IMG/VR virus record: IMGVR_UViG_2534681834_000006
Length of the DNA: 64,000 nucleotides
Direction: 5' to 3' (one strand)
From: a virus
Lineage: Duplodnaviria > Heunggongvirae > Uroviricota > Caudoviricetes
Shown: in pieces, positions 54,264 through 64,000 of the stretch
Position numbering within the stretch: the stretch's first letter is position 1
How the letters are laid out: the number at the start of each line of letters is the position of its first letter
Notes under the pieces: generated by a model
Seen by the model: only the letters and a program-made list of their open reading frames with translations
What the model was told of the DNA's origin: nothing
Database searches by the model: none
Position numbers and translations under genes: made by a program

Positions 54264-55520
54264 TTAATTACTGACAGTTTCAGGTTTCGGGAAACTGAAC
54301 AGTAAGTCACGATAGTACTCGTATTGTTTCTGGCGCAACTCGATTTCACGCGGGAGACCTTCGGTGATGGAGTTGGTCAGGGTGTCGAATTTATCGAGCA
54401 GAGCAGATATTCGCTCTTGTTTCTGTTTATCAGGCAATGGCACTGGTAATGTTTTTATAATATCTGCATTCAAGTTACTGACCGACCCGCTATTGATTTT
54501 ACTTTCCCAATAATTTTTCACCTTTTTTGATGAAAGATAGTGATACAGATAATCAGCATTTAATTTTTCACCAAAATTGCTGATTGATGCCCATCCATCA
54601 TGGATAGCTCCGGTTATCCTTAAAATATATGGTCTGCCAAAGCTCATAGAGTTAGAAATGACGAAATCACCGGGGTTCAAGATTCGCGATTTTTGGGCAC
54701 CCTCTGCAGTTATTTTTTGTAAGGTTTTGTCAATGTATTTAGAGCCGGGGATAGTATCTCCGATTTTAATCCATGGGATACCATTTCCTTGTTCAGTAAG
54801 ATAATTAACAATTGGCCTGGGGGATGCCCCACGTTGTATTTTGGCTACTTCTCCCAATGCCTTCCACTCAACCTCACCCTCTTTAAAACTCAGCAACTGG
54901 TCGCGATAGTAGTTGTACTGTTTTTTACGCATGTTAAGCTCAGCGGTAAGCTCAGCGGTAAGTGCAGTAAATTTGTCCAGAATCCGAACGATTTCAGACT
55001 GGATGGCGAGGGATTTTTCCGGATTATCCGGGCAGGGAATTGGGATGAGTAGTTTTGACATCAATGCATTTGAGCTTAGATTCGGTTGTGCTCCGCCCCC
55101 GGCGAGGATATAAATAGTCTCTGTATTTAACAATAAAAAATGGTATAAATAATTATTGTTTAGAATATTTTCTTTGGGTATGAATTTTCCAACCCGTTGG
55201 TTAAGATAACATTTTGTTCCTTTTTTATAAATTCCCACTTTTCCTGTAGTGGCACCTGACATTGCAATCAATATATTTCCCATAGATACCTCAAAGGAGG
55301 ATAAATCTTCCTTGTAATCATTTAGTGAAAAGTATTTCACCTCATCTAAGTCAACATTAAATCCATCTATATTTGTGATTCTAACTATCGGTAACCCAGT
55401 TTCTTTAAATAAGCTGCTTTTAAATGCAAATCCATTTTTAAAATCACAAACATCCTTCAAGGGTTTCCACTCAACCTCAACCCCATCCAGCAATTTTTCC
55501 AGATAACTCAACTCGCTCAT
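54264..55520 (-). CDS. hsdS: Type I restriction-modification specificity subunit (HsdS), two target-recognition domains
   Basis: 418 aa; central conserved ...[13 protein letters not shown]... with TAEL repeats as in Type IC (EcoR124-like) HsdS. Confidence 0.85.
   Translation of the reverse strand: MSELSYLEKLLDGVEVEWKPLKDVCDFKNGFAFKSSLFKETGLPIVRITNIDGFNVDLDEVKYFSLNDYKEDLSSFEVSMGNILIAMSGATTGKVGIYKKGTKCYLNQRVGKFIPKENILNNNYLYHFLLLNTETIYILAGGGAQPNLSSNALMSKLLIPIPCPDNPEKSLAIQSEIVRILDKFTALTAELTAELNMRKKQYNYYRDQLLSFKEGEVEWKALGEVAKIQRGASPRPIVNYLTEQGNGIPWIKIGDTIPGSKYIDKTLQKITAEGAQKSRILNPGDFVISNSMSFGRPYILRITGAIHDGWASISNFGEKLNADYLYHYLSSKKVKNYWESKINSGSVSNLNADIIKTLPVPLPDKQKQERISALLDKFDTLTNSITEGLPREIELRQKQYEYYRDLLFSFPKPETVSN
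54936..54959. repeat. 12-bp tandem repeat (2 units plus a degenerate third) encoding the TAEL repeats of hsdS
   Basis: aagctcagcggt aagctcagcggt aagtgcagtaaa. Confidence 0.7.
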
Positions 55521-57073
55521 TTCTGCACCTCGCAGCCTTCAATTTCAGCCACAATCGCATCAATATCTTTACGCAACTGGTCGATTTTGCTGACCGTGAT
55601 TTTCAGCTCTGCATTCAACTCAGCGATATCGATAATTTCGCGAGTATCTTTCGCTTCAACATAGCTGCTCACCGACAGGTTATAGTCATTAGCAACAACG
55701 GTCTCAAACGCGACTGATTTCGCCAGATGAGCAACATCTTCCTTGCTGGCAAATACCTGCATAATCTGTTCGATATGGGCATCGGTCAGGATATTGTTGT
55801 TGGTCTCTTTTTTGAATAGTTCGCTGGCGTCAATAAACTGAACTTTTGTATCTGTTTTATGTTTAGACAACACCAGAATGTTTACGGCAATGGTGGTGCC
55901 AAAGAACAGGTTCGGTGCCAGTGAAATCACGGTTTCGACATAGTTATTATCAACCAGATACTGACGGATTTTCTGCTCCGCGCCGCCACGGTAAAAAATA
56001 CCCGGGAAGCAAACAATCGCAGCACGACCTTTGGCAGAAAGATAGTTCAGCGCATGTAGTACAAAGGCGAAGTCAGCTTTTGATTTGGGGGCCAGAACGC
56101 CAGCCGGGGCAAAACGTTCATCGTTAATCAGCGTCGGGTCATCGCTGCCAATCCATTTCACCGAATACGGCGGGTTAGAAACGATGGCATCAAACGGTTT
56201 TTCATCTCTGAAGTGTGGTTCAGTCAGCGTATTGCCCAGCTTGATATCAAACTTGTCGTAGTTGATGTTGTGCAAAAACATGTTCATACGCGCCAGGTTA
56301 TAGGTCGTATGGTTGATTTCCTGACCAAAAAAACCTTCTTCGATGATATGGTCATCAAACTGTTTTTTAGCCTGCAACAACAGCGAACCGGAGCCTGCTG
56401 CCGGGTCGTAGATTTTGTTAACGTGGGTCTGCCCGTGCATAGCCAGTTGTGCAATCAGCTTAGAGACGTGCTGCGGTGTAAAGAACTCGCCGCCGGACTT
56501 ACCGGCATTCGCGGCATAGTTAGAAATCAGGAACTCATAGGCGTCACCGAACAGATCAATCTGATGTTCGGTGAAGTCACCAAGTTTTAACCCTTCAACC
56601 CCTTTCAGAACCGCAGCCAGGCGGGCATTTTTATCTTTAACGGTGTTACCCAGGCGGTTACTGGTGGTATCGAAATCAGCAAACAAACCTTTGATGTCTG
56701 CTTCTGAAGGGTAGCCGTAAGCAGAACTTTCGATAGCAACGAAGATACTGTTTAAATCTGCATTCAGTCTGTCATTGGTATTTGCTTTCGCAGCTACGTT
56801 GCAGAAAAGCTGGCTTGGGTAGATGAAGTAGCCTTTGGTTTTGATGGCATCGTCTTTAATGTCATCAGTAATTACGCTGTCATCCAGTGCTGCATAACAG
56901 ATGCTGTCATCATCGGCTTCCATATAGCTGGAAAAATTTTCGCTGATAAAACGATAAAAAAGCGCGCCCAGAACGTACTGCTTAAAATCCCATCCATCGA
57001 CTGAACCCCTGACATCGTTAGCAATTTGCCAGATCTGGCGATGAAGTTCTGCACGTTGTTGAATACTTGTCAT
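55517..57073 (-). CDS. hsdM: Type I restriction-modification N6-adenine methyltransferase (HsdM)
   Basis: NPPY(S) catalytic motif, AdoMet motif [10 protein letters not shown]; overlaps the hsdS start. Confidence 0.9.
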   Translation of the reverse strand: MTSIQQRAELHRQIWQIANDVRGSVDGWDFKQYVLGALFYRFISENFSSYMEADDDSICYAALDDSVITDDIKDDAIKTKGYFIYPSQLFCNVAAKANTNDRLNADLNSIFVAIESSAYGYPSEADIKGLFADFDTTSNRLGNTVKDKNARLAAVLKGVEGLKLGDFTEHQIDLFGDAYEFLISNYAANAGKSGGEFFTPQHVSKLIAQLAMHGQTHVNKIYDPAAGSGSLLLQAKKQFDDHIIEEGFFGQEINHTTYNLARMNMFLHNINYDKFDIKLGNTLTEPHFRDEKPFDAIVSNPPYSVKWIGSDDPTLINDERFAPAGVLAPKSKADFAFVLHALNYLSAKGRAAIVCFPGIFYRGGAEQKIRQYLVDNNYVETVISLAPNLFFGTTIAVNILVLSKHKTDTKVQFIDASELFKKETNNNILTDAHIEQIMQVFASKEDVAHLAKSVAFETVVANDYNLSVSSYVEAKDTREIIDIAELNAELKITVSKIDQLRKDIDAIVAEIEGCEVQK

Positions 57074-57611
57074 TTTCTTCCACTTATTTCAGGCTTAAGT
57101 AATTGGCGGTGATTCTACAGCAACTTTGATGCTTTAGCAGTTCGGACATTAGGCAACGAATGACCTAATTAGAGCTTTTTGGAAAAGCGGTATTGTCGGT
57201 GCGATGATAGCTATGTTTGGGTTCGCGATGGTGCAATACAATGACGGTGAAAAGGTAAGCATCCAGTCTGATGGCTGGTATGGGCTGGATAGCCTGCAAA
57301 AAACCGCAGATAAAGCCTGTCAGCAATATGGAAAGTCTAAAGCCGTATATCAGCATAGCGCGAACGCTAATCCACATCTCGCGCCCGGCACGGGCGTTCA
57401 GAACACTATTTGGAAATGCGAACCATAACGCAGGTTGGCTTTTTACATCTTGGGCCGAATACTGATTCCGCGCTAAGTTGTTTGTGCGGAAGTGACACTG
57501 TGGAGCTTAGAAATAGTAAATACTGGTGGGCAACAAATTGAGCCTTCACACGCTCACCAGCACACACAAAAAATGGTTAAACAGCAAGGGAATTAATATC
57601 TCAGCGCGACA

Positions 57612-57749
57612 TTAAATAAGCCAGCGCACGCCTCTGTTTATCACTGACTTGAAAAACCATATCAGAACCACGATGAAGACAATCGCCAGCACTTGGCTAA
57701 GAACAGGCGCATTTAAAAATGCACTTAGAAACTGAAAAAATACAATCAT
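57612..57749 (-). CDS. 45-aa hydrophobic peptide (candidate small membrane protein)
   Basis: GAGG RBS 9 nt upstream; MIVFFQFLSAFLNAPVLSQVLAIVFIVVLIWFFKSVINRGVRWLI; not in the ORF track. Confidence 0.35.
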   Translation of the reverse strand: MIVFFQFLSAFLNAPVLSQVLAIVFIVVLIWFFKSVINRGVRWLI

Positions 57750-58217
57750 CAGGGTAATCCTCGTCAAATGTAAAGCTGTGTGCTCTCACGTTGACGTAGA
57801 AACCCAACCTCTATATAGTTGGATTCGGTGAAAGAAAGTCGTTAACGTGAACTTACGGCACATGTTTTCGGTATAAAAATCAGGGAACTGTGAATTCCTT
57901 GATGTAGTTGGGGCCTGTAATGCAGGCCCTATCTATTAATGTCATGATTACATCTCAAATTTTCTCCTTATCATTATTATTTAATAAAATTCAATTAATA
58001 AAATATCCATTTCCTGTGTGTGCAAACACAGTATGAGGAAAATGGCCTCGTTGCAAGTGCATAACTTTGTGGATAACTCTGAAGGCGAATTTACATTTCG
58101 GCGCACCGCAAGCCAGATAAGCTGTGCGCAAAAAGCAATGGGGTGAGAAAAAAACTTTGAAGATATTGCGGCGACTAAATAATAGCCGTTATTCAATTAT
58201 TCTGGATGGGATTTAAT

Positions 58218-58457
58218 ATGAACGAATGGAACATAGCAGCCAAAAGCCAGGAAGAAAGGAATAAAGTTAACGTTGACCTGGCTGCCAGGGGGGTTGCCTA
58301 CAAAGAGCGATTGAACATACCTGTCATAGCTGAACAGGTAGCCCGCGAGCAACCAGAGAATCTGCGCACCTATTTCATGGAACGTCTACGGCACTACCGG
58401 CAGTTAAGCCTCCAGTTGCCAAAAGGGAACGATCCGGCATATCAGAAAACAGAATAG
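58218..58457 (+). CDS. hot: DNA polymerase III theta subunit homologue (HolE-like; P1 Hot)
   Basis: [38 protein letters not shown] parallels E. coli HolE as recalled; track start 58206. Confidence 0.75.
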   Translation: MNEWNIAAKSQEERNKVNVDLAARGVAYKERLNIPVIAEQVAREQPENLRTYFMERLRHYRQLSLQLPKGNDPAYQKTE

Positions 58458-58468
58458 TTGTTAGGCTA

Positions 58469-58831
58469 TTACGCAATGCCCGCGCCATTCATAGCGGGTT
58501 TTAAGCCATATTCACCGTTGTAGAAATTACTCATGTTCCATTCATTGGGAAGCTCTTTTCTGTCCAATGTATAGTGGCGTACGATATAACGATCTTCATC
58601 TTCTTCGATGGACAGGCGGACATAGCCAATGTGAATTACCGATACGGGCGGCGTCCGTATTGCATAGATGTCGCGGAGATATACCGGTAGCTCGACAAAT
58701 GCGTCAGGTGCATCTGTGATGCTCATTTTTTCACAGTATTCATATAACGCATCGTTGATATCGTTAAGAGATTCATGATCGTATATTTCCAGGTAATTAC
58801 CGCGATCGCGATGGTACTCGATTTTAGCCAT
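58469..58831 (-). CDS. hypothetical protein
   Basis: 120-aa ORF downstream of and coupled to the 194-aa ORF. Confidence 0.4.
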   Translation of the reverse strand: MAKIEYHRDRGNYLEIYDHESLNDINDALYEYCEKMSITDAPDAFVELPVYLRDIYAIRTPPVSVIHIGYVRLSIEEDEDRYIVRHYTLDRKELPNEWNMSNFYNGEYGLKPAMNGAGIA

Positions 58832-59416
58832 TCAAAATCCCCTGTTATCGTTTTGCATTTCTCTAATCCGGTTCAGAACTACTTCATGCTGGGCTTGGAT
58901 AGCGGCTTTTTCGTTTTCAAGTCGGGCAATAGACATCTCTAATTCTTTGCTGTACCAGGCGAGTTGGGCCAGGTTCATCCGGTTGTGGTCGAGAGTTGGA
59001 GACACTTCGACGCGATCCCTTTCTTCCTGCTTTAATGAGAAGAGATTCATCTCATCCCTAGAGGAAAATTCAGCAACAATTTCTTGTTGATGATCCGGTC
59101 GCTGCGGCATCCTCGCCAGTATAAATGGCGGTTCTTTTGAAAACATGAATGTCGGTTCATAACGTGTTTTTACCCAGCTTGCCTGCTGTCTTTCGGCAAG
59201 TTCACAGGCTTCATCATAGTTATTTGCCAAACCAAGCACGGATGGACGGTCCCACGCCCCACCATTCAGACAATAAACTACAATTTTCCCGTCAGGTTGT
59301 GTAACCCCATATGGATGGTCCCACCAGGCGTCCAACTGAGCTTTAGAGCGTTTCTCGTTAGGAGTGCAGTCAAAATTTTTGGGCAATACAGGATCGAGAG
59401 GAATGCGGGCAGGCAT
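58832..59416 (-). CDS. hypothetical protein, divergent from humD (possibly LexA-regulated)
   Basis: 194-aa ORF starting 138 bp from an SOS box. Confidence 0.4.
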   Translation of the reverse strand: MPARIPLDPVLPKNFDCTPNEKRSKAQLDAWWDHPYGVTQPDGKIVVYCLNGGAWDRPSVLGLANNYDEACELAERQQASWVKTRYEPTFMFSKEPPFILARMPQRPDHQQEIVAEFSSRDEMNLFSLKQEERDRVEVSPTLDHNRMNLAQLAWYSKELEMSIARLENEKAAIQAQHEVVLNRIREMQNDNRGF

Positions 59417-59553
59417 AGCTAATTCCTTATTAACTGATTGGCAACGAGGTTACGCTGATCCGTTGGTGATGAATAGTAGCAAAGCGCACAAAATCATCTG
59501 CGGTGGTTGATGTACATAACGCGTTTGCACCAAAGGTGTCTCTTTAATGTATG

Positions 59554-59569
59554 CTGTATAAATGAACAG
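59554..59569. promoter_or_regulatory. LexA (SOS) box
   Basis: CTGTataaatgaACAG, 22 bp upstream of humD. Confidence 0.7.
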
Positions 59570-59590
59570 TATTATTGAGGTGAAAACGCT

Positions 59591-59980
59591 ATGGGCTTCC
59601 CTTCTCCTGCGGCGGATTATGTTGAAAGCAGAATTTCTCTTGATCAGCAACTAATCAGGCATCCATCAGCGACCTACTTCATGCGGGCGGCAGACAGCCA
59701 TCACCGCGAGGGAATATTGCAGGGTGCTTTGCTGGTGGTTGATTCTTCGCTTACTCCAGTTGATGGTTCGCTGCTTGTGTGCGCTATGGAGGGTGAATAT
59801 CGCATAAAGAGATACCGAAAGTATCCGCGCCAGCACCTGGAGGATTTAAGCACCGGGAAGAAAGAGGCGTTACCAGTAGATGACGATGGTTACACGGGCA
59901 GTAATGCTGTTTTTGGTGTGATCACTCATGTCATCAATGATGCCCGAAGTGGGGAATTTGATGATTGTCCGGTTATTTAA
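59591..59980 (+). CDS. humD: UmuD-like S24 peptidase (P1 HumD-like)
   Basis: 129 aa; GFPSPAADY, catalytic-region pattern ...RIKRY...; SOS box upstream. Confidence 0.85.
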   Translation: MGFPSPAADYVESRISLDQQLIRHPSATYFMRAADSHHREGILQGALLVVDSSLTPVDGSLLVCAMEGEYRIKRYRKYPRQHLEDLSTGKKEALPVDDDGYTGSNAVFGVITHVINDARSGEFDDCPVI

Positions 59981-60046
59981 GCTGCAAAGTGCTGGTGCTT
60001 TATGCCTGTGAAGTTTATAATTGTGTACACATAACGAGTACACGAG

Positions 60047-60274
60047 GTGTTTATGCAATCCATTAACTTCCGTACCGCGCGCGGCAACCTTTCTGAAGTG
60101 CTCAACAATGTTGAAGCCGGGGAAGAGGTTGAAATCACCCGCAGAGGCCGTGAGCCAGCAGTAATTGTCAGCAAGGCTACTTTTGAAGCCTACAAAAAAG
60201 CGGCGCTGGATGCTGAATTTGCATCCCTGTTTGACACCCTGGACTCCACCAACAAGGAACTGGTTAACCGATAA
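60047..60274 (+). CDS. phd: Phd antitoxin
   Basis: [73 protein letters not shown] matches P1 Phd as recalled; GTG alternative upstream. Confidence 0.9.
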   Translation: MFMQSINFRTARGNLSEVLNNVEAGEEVEITRRGREPAVIVSKATFEAYKKAALDAEFASLFDTLDSTNKELVNR

Positions 60275-60654
60275 TGAGGCATATATCACCGGAAGAACTT
60301 ATTGCGCTTCATGATGCGAATATAAACCGCTACGGCGGCTTGCCGGGAATGTCAGATCCGGGTAGGGCAGAGGCCATTATCGGGAGAGTTCAGGCCAGAG
60401 TTGCCTACGAAGAGATCACCGACCTTTTCGAAGTCTCCGCCACCTACCTGGTGGCTACAGCGAGAGGGCATATATTCAATGATGCCAATAAGCGTACCGC
60501 GCTAAACAGTGCGCTGTTATTTCTACGCCGTAACGGGGTGCAGGTATTTGATTCACCTGAACTGGCAGACCTTACCGTAGGGGCTGCGACCGGAGAGATA
60601 TCTGTATCTTCTGTCGCCGACACGTTACGTAGATTGTATGGTTCCGCGGAGTAG
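60274..60654 (+). CDS. doc: Doc toxin (Fic-fold kinase)
   Basis: 126 aa, HxFx(D/N)(A/G)NKR motif ([11 protein letters not shown]); start overlaps the phd stop. Confidence 0.9.
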   Translation: MRHISPEELIALHDANINRYGGLPGMSDPGRAEAIIGRVQARVAYEEITDLFEVSATYLVATARGHIFNDANKRTALNSALLFLRRNGVQVFDSPELADLTVGAATGEISVSSVADTLRRLYGSAE

Positions 60655-60658
60655 ATTA

Positions 60659-60838
60659 ATGGCACGTAAATACAACAAATTGTCCCGTGAAGCGTTAAAG
60701 ATGCTTCTTGATGGCGTGAGTCGCCGCGAGGTAAAGCAATACCTGGTTGGTAAGCAAATTGGTGCCAGGACCGCTATTGCTGTGTTATGCCGTCAGGAAA
60801 TGGTTGTGCTTAAACAGAGAATGCCGGGCAGCAGATAA
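60659..60838 (+). CDS. small basic hypothetical protein downstream of doc
   Basis: ATG at 60659 after ggag RBS; 59 aa. Confidence 0.35.
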   Translation: MARKYNKLSREALKMLLDGVSRREVKQYLVGKQIGARTAIAVLCRQEMVVLKQRMPGSR

Positions 60839-60865
60839 AGCCCAATCAGTGATTAAAGGTGTGAT

Positions 60866-61909
60866 GTGAAAGCCGTAATTACTCCATTTGTACAGAAAGA
60901 GCTTGGCCTCGCCACGTTCAAAGTGGACCAGGAGGTCAGAAAGCTGGTGGAGGCTGGCCGTAAATTTATTATGGAGCCGGTGCCGCGTGAGTTAATCGAG
61001 CACATGGACGACGGCCTCGTTGTTTCCGAGCAAACTATGGCAACAAATGAGGCGTTGCAGCCGTTTTTTAACAGCGATGAACTGTTTCGCCGTATTGGTG
61101 GAATTGACTCGCTGGTGGCGTGGTTGCGCAGGAAAGAGGGGCAATGCCAGGCCGCAGATCGTAGTTGGTGTGACAACCATATTGTCCACGCTGAACGAGA
61201 CAATAGCGCGGTGTTGTTGTGCTGGCATCACGATAACCATTACCGGATGCGTGGTTTTAATGAGCTGAAAGAAACGCTGCATAATAATCGCGTTAACTGG
61301 ATACTGGATGTCGCCCGTCAGGAAATGGGGCTTTCAGATGGCCATGATTTAAGTATTCAGGAACTGTGCTGGTGGGCTTTCATGCGCAACATGATGCACC
61401 TGATGCCGGAAGAAGTCTGCCGCATATCAATAAATAAGATGAAGGCTACTCCGCAGGATAGCGGACCTCTGAAAGAGGCGGATATTCGCCCGTATGACGA
61501 TCGCGCTATAGCATATGTTCAGATGATGGAAGAACGCGCCGCGCCGATGCGTGCAAAAGTATGTCCTGTGGATGTTGACTCCGACCCAGGTATGGCGCAT
61601 TTCAAAATACCAAAACTTCAATCGCTAAAATTACCTGAGTACATGGACTTTGTTGCTTCCCGTCCATGCTGTGGCTGTGGAGCTGCGGGAGCTGGCGCTC
61701 ACATTACGCCTTATATCGTTCGTCATAGTCGATTATGCGCGCATGACATTTATGCTATTCCTCTGTGCCAGTCATGCCAGCGTGATATTGAGCGTGACCG
61801 CGATAATTGGGAGAAAACACACGGTAGGCTGGCGATGCATCAACGATTGTTCTTTGATTACGCGCTTGGAGTCGGCGCTATCACAAGTCACTCGTCGAGC
61901 GTTAGATAA
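60866..61909 (+). CDS. hypothetical protein with C-terminal Cys cluster
   Basis: 347 aa; GTG start after aaagg RBS; PCCGCG...CQSCQ. Confidence 0.45.
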   Translation: MKAVITPFVQKELGLATFKVDQEVRKLVEAGRKFIMEPVPRELIEHMDDGLVVSEQTMATNEALQPFFNSDELFRRIGGIDSLVAWLRRKEGQCQAADRSWCDNHIVHAERDNSAVLLCWHHDNHYRMRGFNELKETLHNNRVNWILDVARQEMGLSDGHDLSIQELCWWAFMRNMMHLMPEEVCRISINKMKATPQDSGPLKEADIRPYDDRAIAYVQMMEERAAPMRAKVCPVDVDSDPGMAHFKIPKLQSLKLPEYMDFVASRPCCGCGAAGAGAHITPYIVRHSRLCAHDIYAIPLCQSCQRDIERDRDNWEKTHGRLAMHQRLFFDYALGVGAITSHSSSVR

Positions 61910-61910
61910 A

Positions 61911-61927
61911 ATTGCTCTAATGTATTG
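61911..61927 (+). promoter_or_regulatory. C1 operator-like site (partial match) upstream of the late-activator-like gene
   Basis: attgctctaatgtattg, first 11 nt match. Confidence 0.35.
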
Positions 61928-61997
61928 CTATTTATTTAATCGAGGGTATTATATTCCACGTTGATTAGTTGACATGGGCTAATCAGTAGGTGACAGG

Positions 61998-62450
61998 ATG
62001 TTACTTAACTGGCAGGGACGCCACTTCATGGAAATAAATCACTCACGAATAACATCGTACGAGATTGCGGATTACATGATCCGCACTAAATCTCTTCTAT
62101 CAGCGAAAGAACTCGCAGCAATTCTTGAAAAGGAATACCCGCATCTGGATGTCGATAAGCGCGATGTTTATCTGCGCTTAAAGGCTATCGCTGTGTCTAA
62201 GTATTCGTCTGTTTTGATTGATGACAGTACACGCCCACGTAGATTTCAGATCCACTCTCTGAATCCTGAATTCTTTCGCCGTAGCCGCGCTCCGCGCCGG
62301 TTTGATGAAAAACTCCAGAACGAACTCTATATGACGCAGGACGAAAAGGAACGCCGGGAGCACCAGCCTTGGGTAATGGCGCGTCAACTTTTCAATAAGG
62401 TGGCCCGTCAGCACCGTCATTACGGTAATGCCACATCCGCACGTATCTGA
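61998..62450 (+). CDS. lpa: putative late promoter activator (Lpa-like by position)
   Basis: 150-aa basic protein immediately upstream of pacA; assignment by synteny only. Confidence 0.35.
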   Translation: MLLNWQGRHFMEINHSRITSYEIADYMIRTKSLLSAKELAAILEKEYPHLDVDKRDVYLRLKAIAVSKYSSVLIDDSTRPRRFQIHSLNPEFFRRSRAPRRFDEKLQNELYMTQDEKERREHQPWVMARQLFNKVARQHRHYGNATSARI

Positions 62451-62535
62451 TTGATTGCTTGCCCGTTCCGGGCCTTTTGACATGTGACTTTCGTTACCCT
62501 CGCGTCAAAAAGAGTTTTTACGAAAGGAAGCATAA

Positions 62536-63729
62536 GTGACCTGGGACGATCACAAAAAGAATTTTGCTCGCCTGGCGCGAGATGGTGGTTACACCATCGC
62601 ACAGTATGCCGCCGAGTTTAATCTTAACCCTAATACCGCACGTCGTTATCTCCGTGCCTTCAAAGAAGACACCAGGACTGCGGACAGCCGCAAGCCAAAT
62701 AAGCCAGTCAGGAAGCCACTAAAAAGCATGATCATTGATCACTCTAATGATCAACATGCAGGTGATCATATTGCGGCTGAAATAGCGGAAAAACAGAGAG
62801 TTAATGCCGTTGTCAGTGCCGCAGTCGAGAATGCGAAGCGCCAAAATAAGCGCATAAATGATCGTTCAGATGATCATGACGTGATCACCCGCGCCCGCCG
62901 GACCTTACGTGATCGCCTGGAACGCGACACCCTGGATGATGATGGTGAACGCTTTGAATTCGAAGCTGGCGATTACCTGATAGATAACGTTGAAGCGCGG
63001 AAGGCCGCGCGCGCTATGTTGCGTCGGTCCGGGGCTGATGTTCTGGAAACCACTCTTCTGGAAAAGTCTCTCTCTCATCTCCTTATGCTGGAGAACGCCA
63101 GGGATACGTGTATTCGCCTGGTGCAGGAAATTCGCGATCAGCAAAAAGACGATGATGAAGGAACTCCGCCTGAATACCGTATCGCGAGCATGCTAAACAG
63201 CTGTTCCGCGCAGATAAGCAGTCTGATCAACACCATTTACAGCATCCGGAATAACTATCGAAAAGAAAGCCGGGAGGCGGAAAAGCACGCTTTATCTATG
63301 GGGCAAGCTGGCATTGTTAAGCTGGCATACGAACGAAAGCGTGAAAATAACTGGTCAGTGCTGGAAGCAGCTGAATTCATCGAGGCGCATGGCGGGAAAG
63401 TGCCGCCCCTGATGCTGGAGCAAATCAAAGCCGATCTGCGTGCTCCTAAGACCAATACCGATGATGAGGAAAGGCAAACAGCCGTCGGTGGCCCTTCTCT
63501 TGAAGATCTGGACAAAGTTGCGCGAGAACGGGCCGCCAACCGCCGCGCCGATGCCGCATTGTGGATTGAGCAGCGTAGGGAAGAAATCGCCGATATCGTT
63601 GATACAGGCGGTTATGGAGATGTTGATACTGAAGGTGTATCAAACGACCCATGGCTGGAACAAGACCTGGACGAAGACGAGGAGGAAGACGAAGAAGTTA
63701 CCCGCAAGCTATACGGGGATGATGATTAA
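62536..63729 (+). CDS. pacA: terminase small subunit PacA
   Basis: 397 aa; contains the pac hexamer cluster; coupled to pacB. Confidence 0.75.
   Translation: MTWDDHKKNFARLARDGGYTIAQYAAEFNLNPNTARRYLRAFKEDTRTADSRKPNKPVRKPLKSMIIDHSNDQHAGDHIAAEIAEKQRVNAVVSAAVENAKRQNKRINDRSDDHDVITRARRTLRDRLERDTLDDDGERFEFEAGDYLIDNVEARKAARAMLRRSGADVLETTLLEKSLSHLLMLENARDTCIRLVQEIRDQQKDDDEGTPPEYRIASMLNSCSAQISSLINTIYSIRNNYRKESREAEKHALSMGQAGIVKLAYERKRENNWSVLEAAEFIEAHGGKVPPLMLEQIKADLRAPKTNTDDEERQTAVGGPSLEDLDKVARERAANRRADAALWIEQRREEIADIVDTGGYGDVDTEGVSNDPWLEQDLDEDEEEDEEVTRKLYGDDD
62729..62887. promoter_or_regulatory. pac packaging site: two clusters of TGATCA/G hexamers (GATC-containing) inside pacA
   Basis: Four TGATCA at 62729-62768 and three TGATC(A/G) at 62859-62887. 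Confidence 0.65.
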
Positions 63730-64000
63730 TGGCCAGAAGTTGCGTAACGGATCCACGTTGGCGCGAGCTGGTGGCGCTATATCGTTATGACTGGATTGCT
63801 GCCGCTGATGTTTTGTTCGGCAAAACACCTACCTGGCAGCAGGATCTGATTATTGAGTCTGTGCAGGAACAGGGTAGCAAGACATCTGTTTCGTCTGGTC
63901 ACGGTACCGGGAAATCAGACATGACTTCTATCATGATCATGTTGTTCATAATCATGTATCCCGGTGCCCGCGCCATTATCGTTGCGAACAAAATTCAGCA
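63729..64000 (+). CDS. pacB: terminase large subunit PacB, N-terminal part (continues beyond window)
   Basis: ATG overlapping the pacA stop (TAATG); ORF open to the window edge. Confidence 0.7.
   Translation, partial: MARSCVTDPRWRELVALYRYDWIAAADVLFGKTPTWQQDLIIESVQEQGSKTSVSSGHGTGKSDMTSIMIMLFIIMYPGARAIIVANKIQ

Noticed and set aside
57204-57428. 74-aa plus-strand ORF between hsdM and hot
   Set aside because: No RBS and no recognisable motif; an overlapping minus-strand ORF is equally plausible, so neither was called
58014-58031. Palindrome ctgtgtgtgcaaacacag upstream of hot as a second LexA box
   Set aside because: Spacing is CTG-N12-CAG rather than the 16-bp CTG-N10-CAG SOS box; left as an unassigned palindrome

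Overview
This window reads as roughly two thirds of a P1-like phage-plasmid from an enterobacterial (E. coli-type) host. I base that on the combined gene content: a RepA/iteron replicon with a GATC-rich origin and DnaA box, parA-parB-parS partition, c4/icd/ant-kilA-repL immunity/lytic-replication block, dispersed C1-operator-like 17-mers (ATTGCTCTAATAAATTT), Sit-like tape measure with lytic transglycosylase domain, tail sheath and baseplate genes, hrdC(rdgC)-dmt, tRNA-Asn/Thr/(CAU), ban helicase, ppp phosphatase, hot, humD with a LexA box, phd-doc, lpa, and pacA with its hexamer pac site running into pacB. On top of this backbone there are apparent accessory or disruptive elements: an IS2 copy that cuts off the distal end of the tail fibre gene (1-356), an IS186 copy with 10-bp target duplication inserted 22 bp after a hok-like toxin gene (17195-18532), a Type IC-like hsdM-hsdS-hsdR restriction-modification operon (51026-57073), and a T5orf172-domain gene between the incA-like iterons and parA. 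The most unusual signal I found is a set of three structured-RNA-like elements with covarying stems and a tRNA T-arm-like core next to the tRNA-Asn/Thr genes (35200-36190). No CRISPR array, reverse transcriptase or integrase was seen. Products are assigned from motifs and recalled family sequences, not database searches. Coordinates of features absent from the ORF track (tRNAs, operators, small ORFs, IS ends) were hand-counted and may be off by a few nucleotides.
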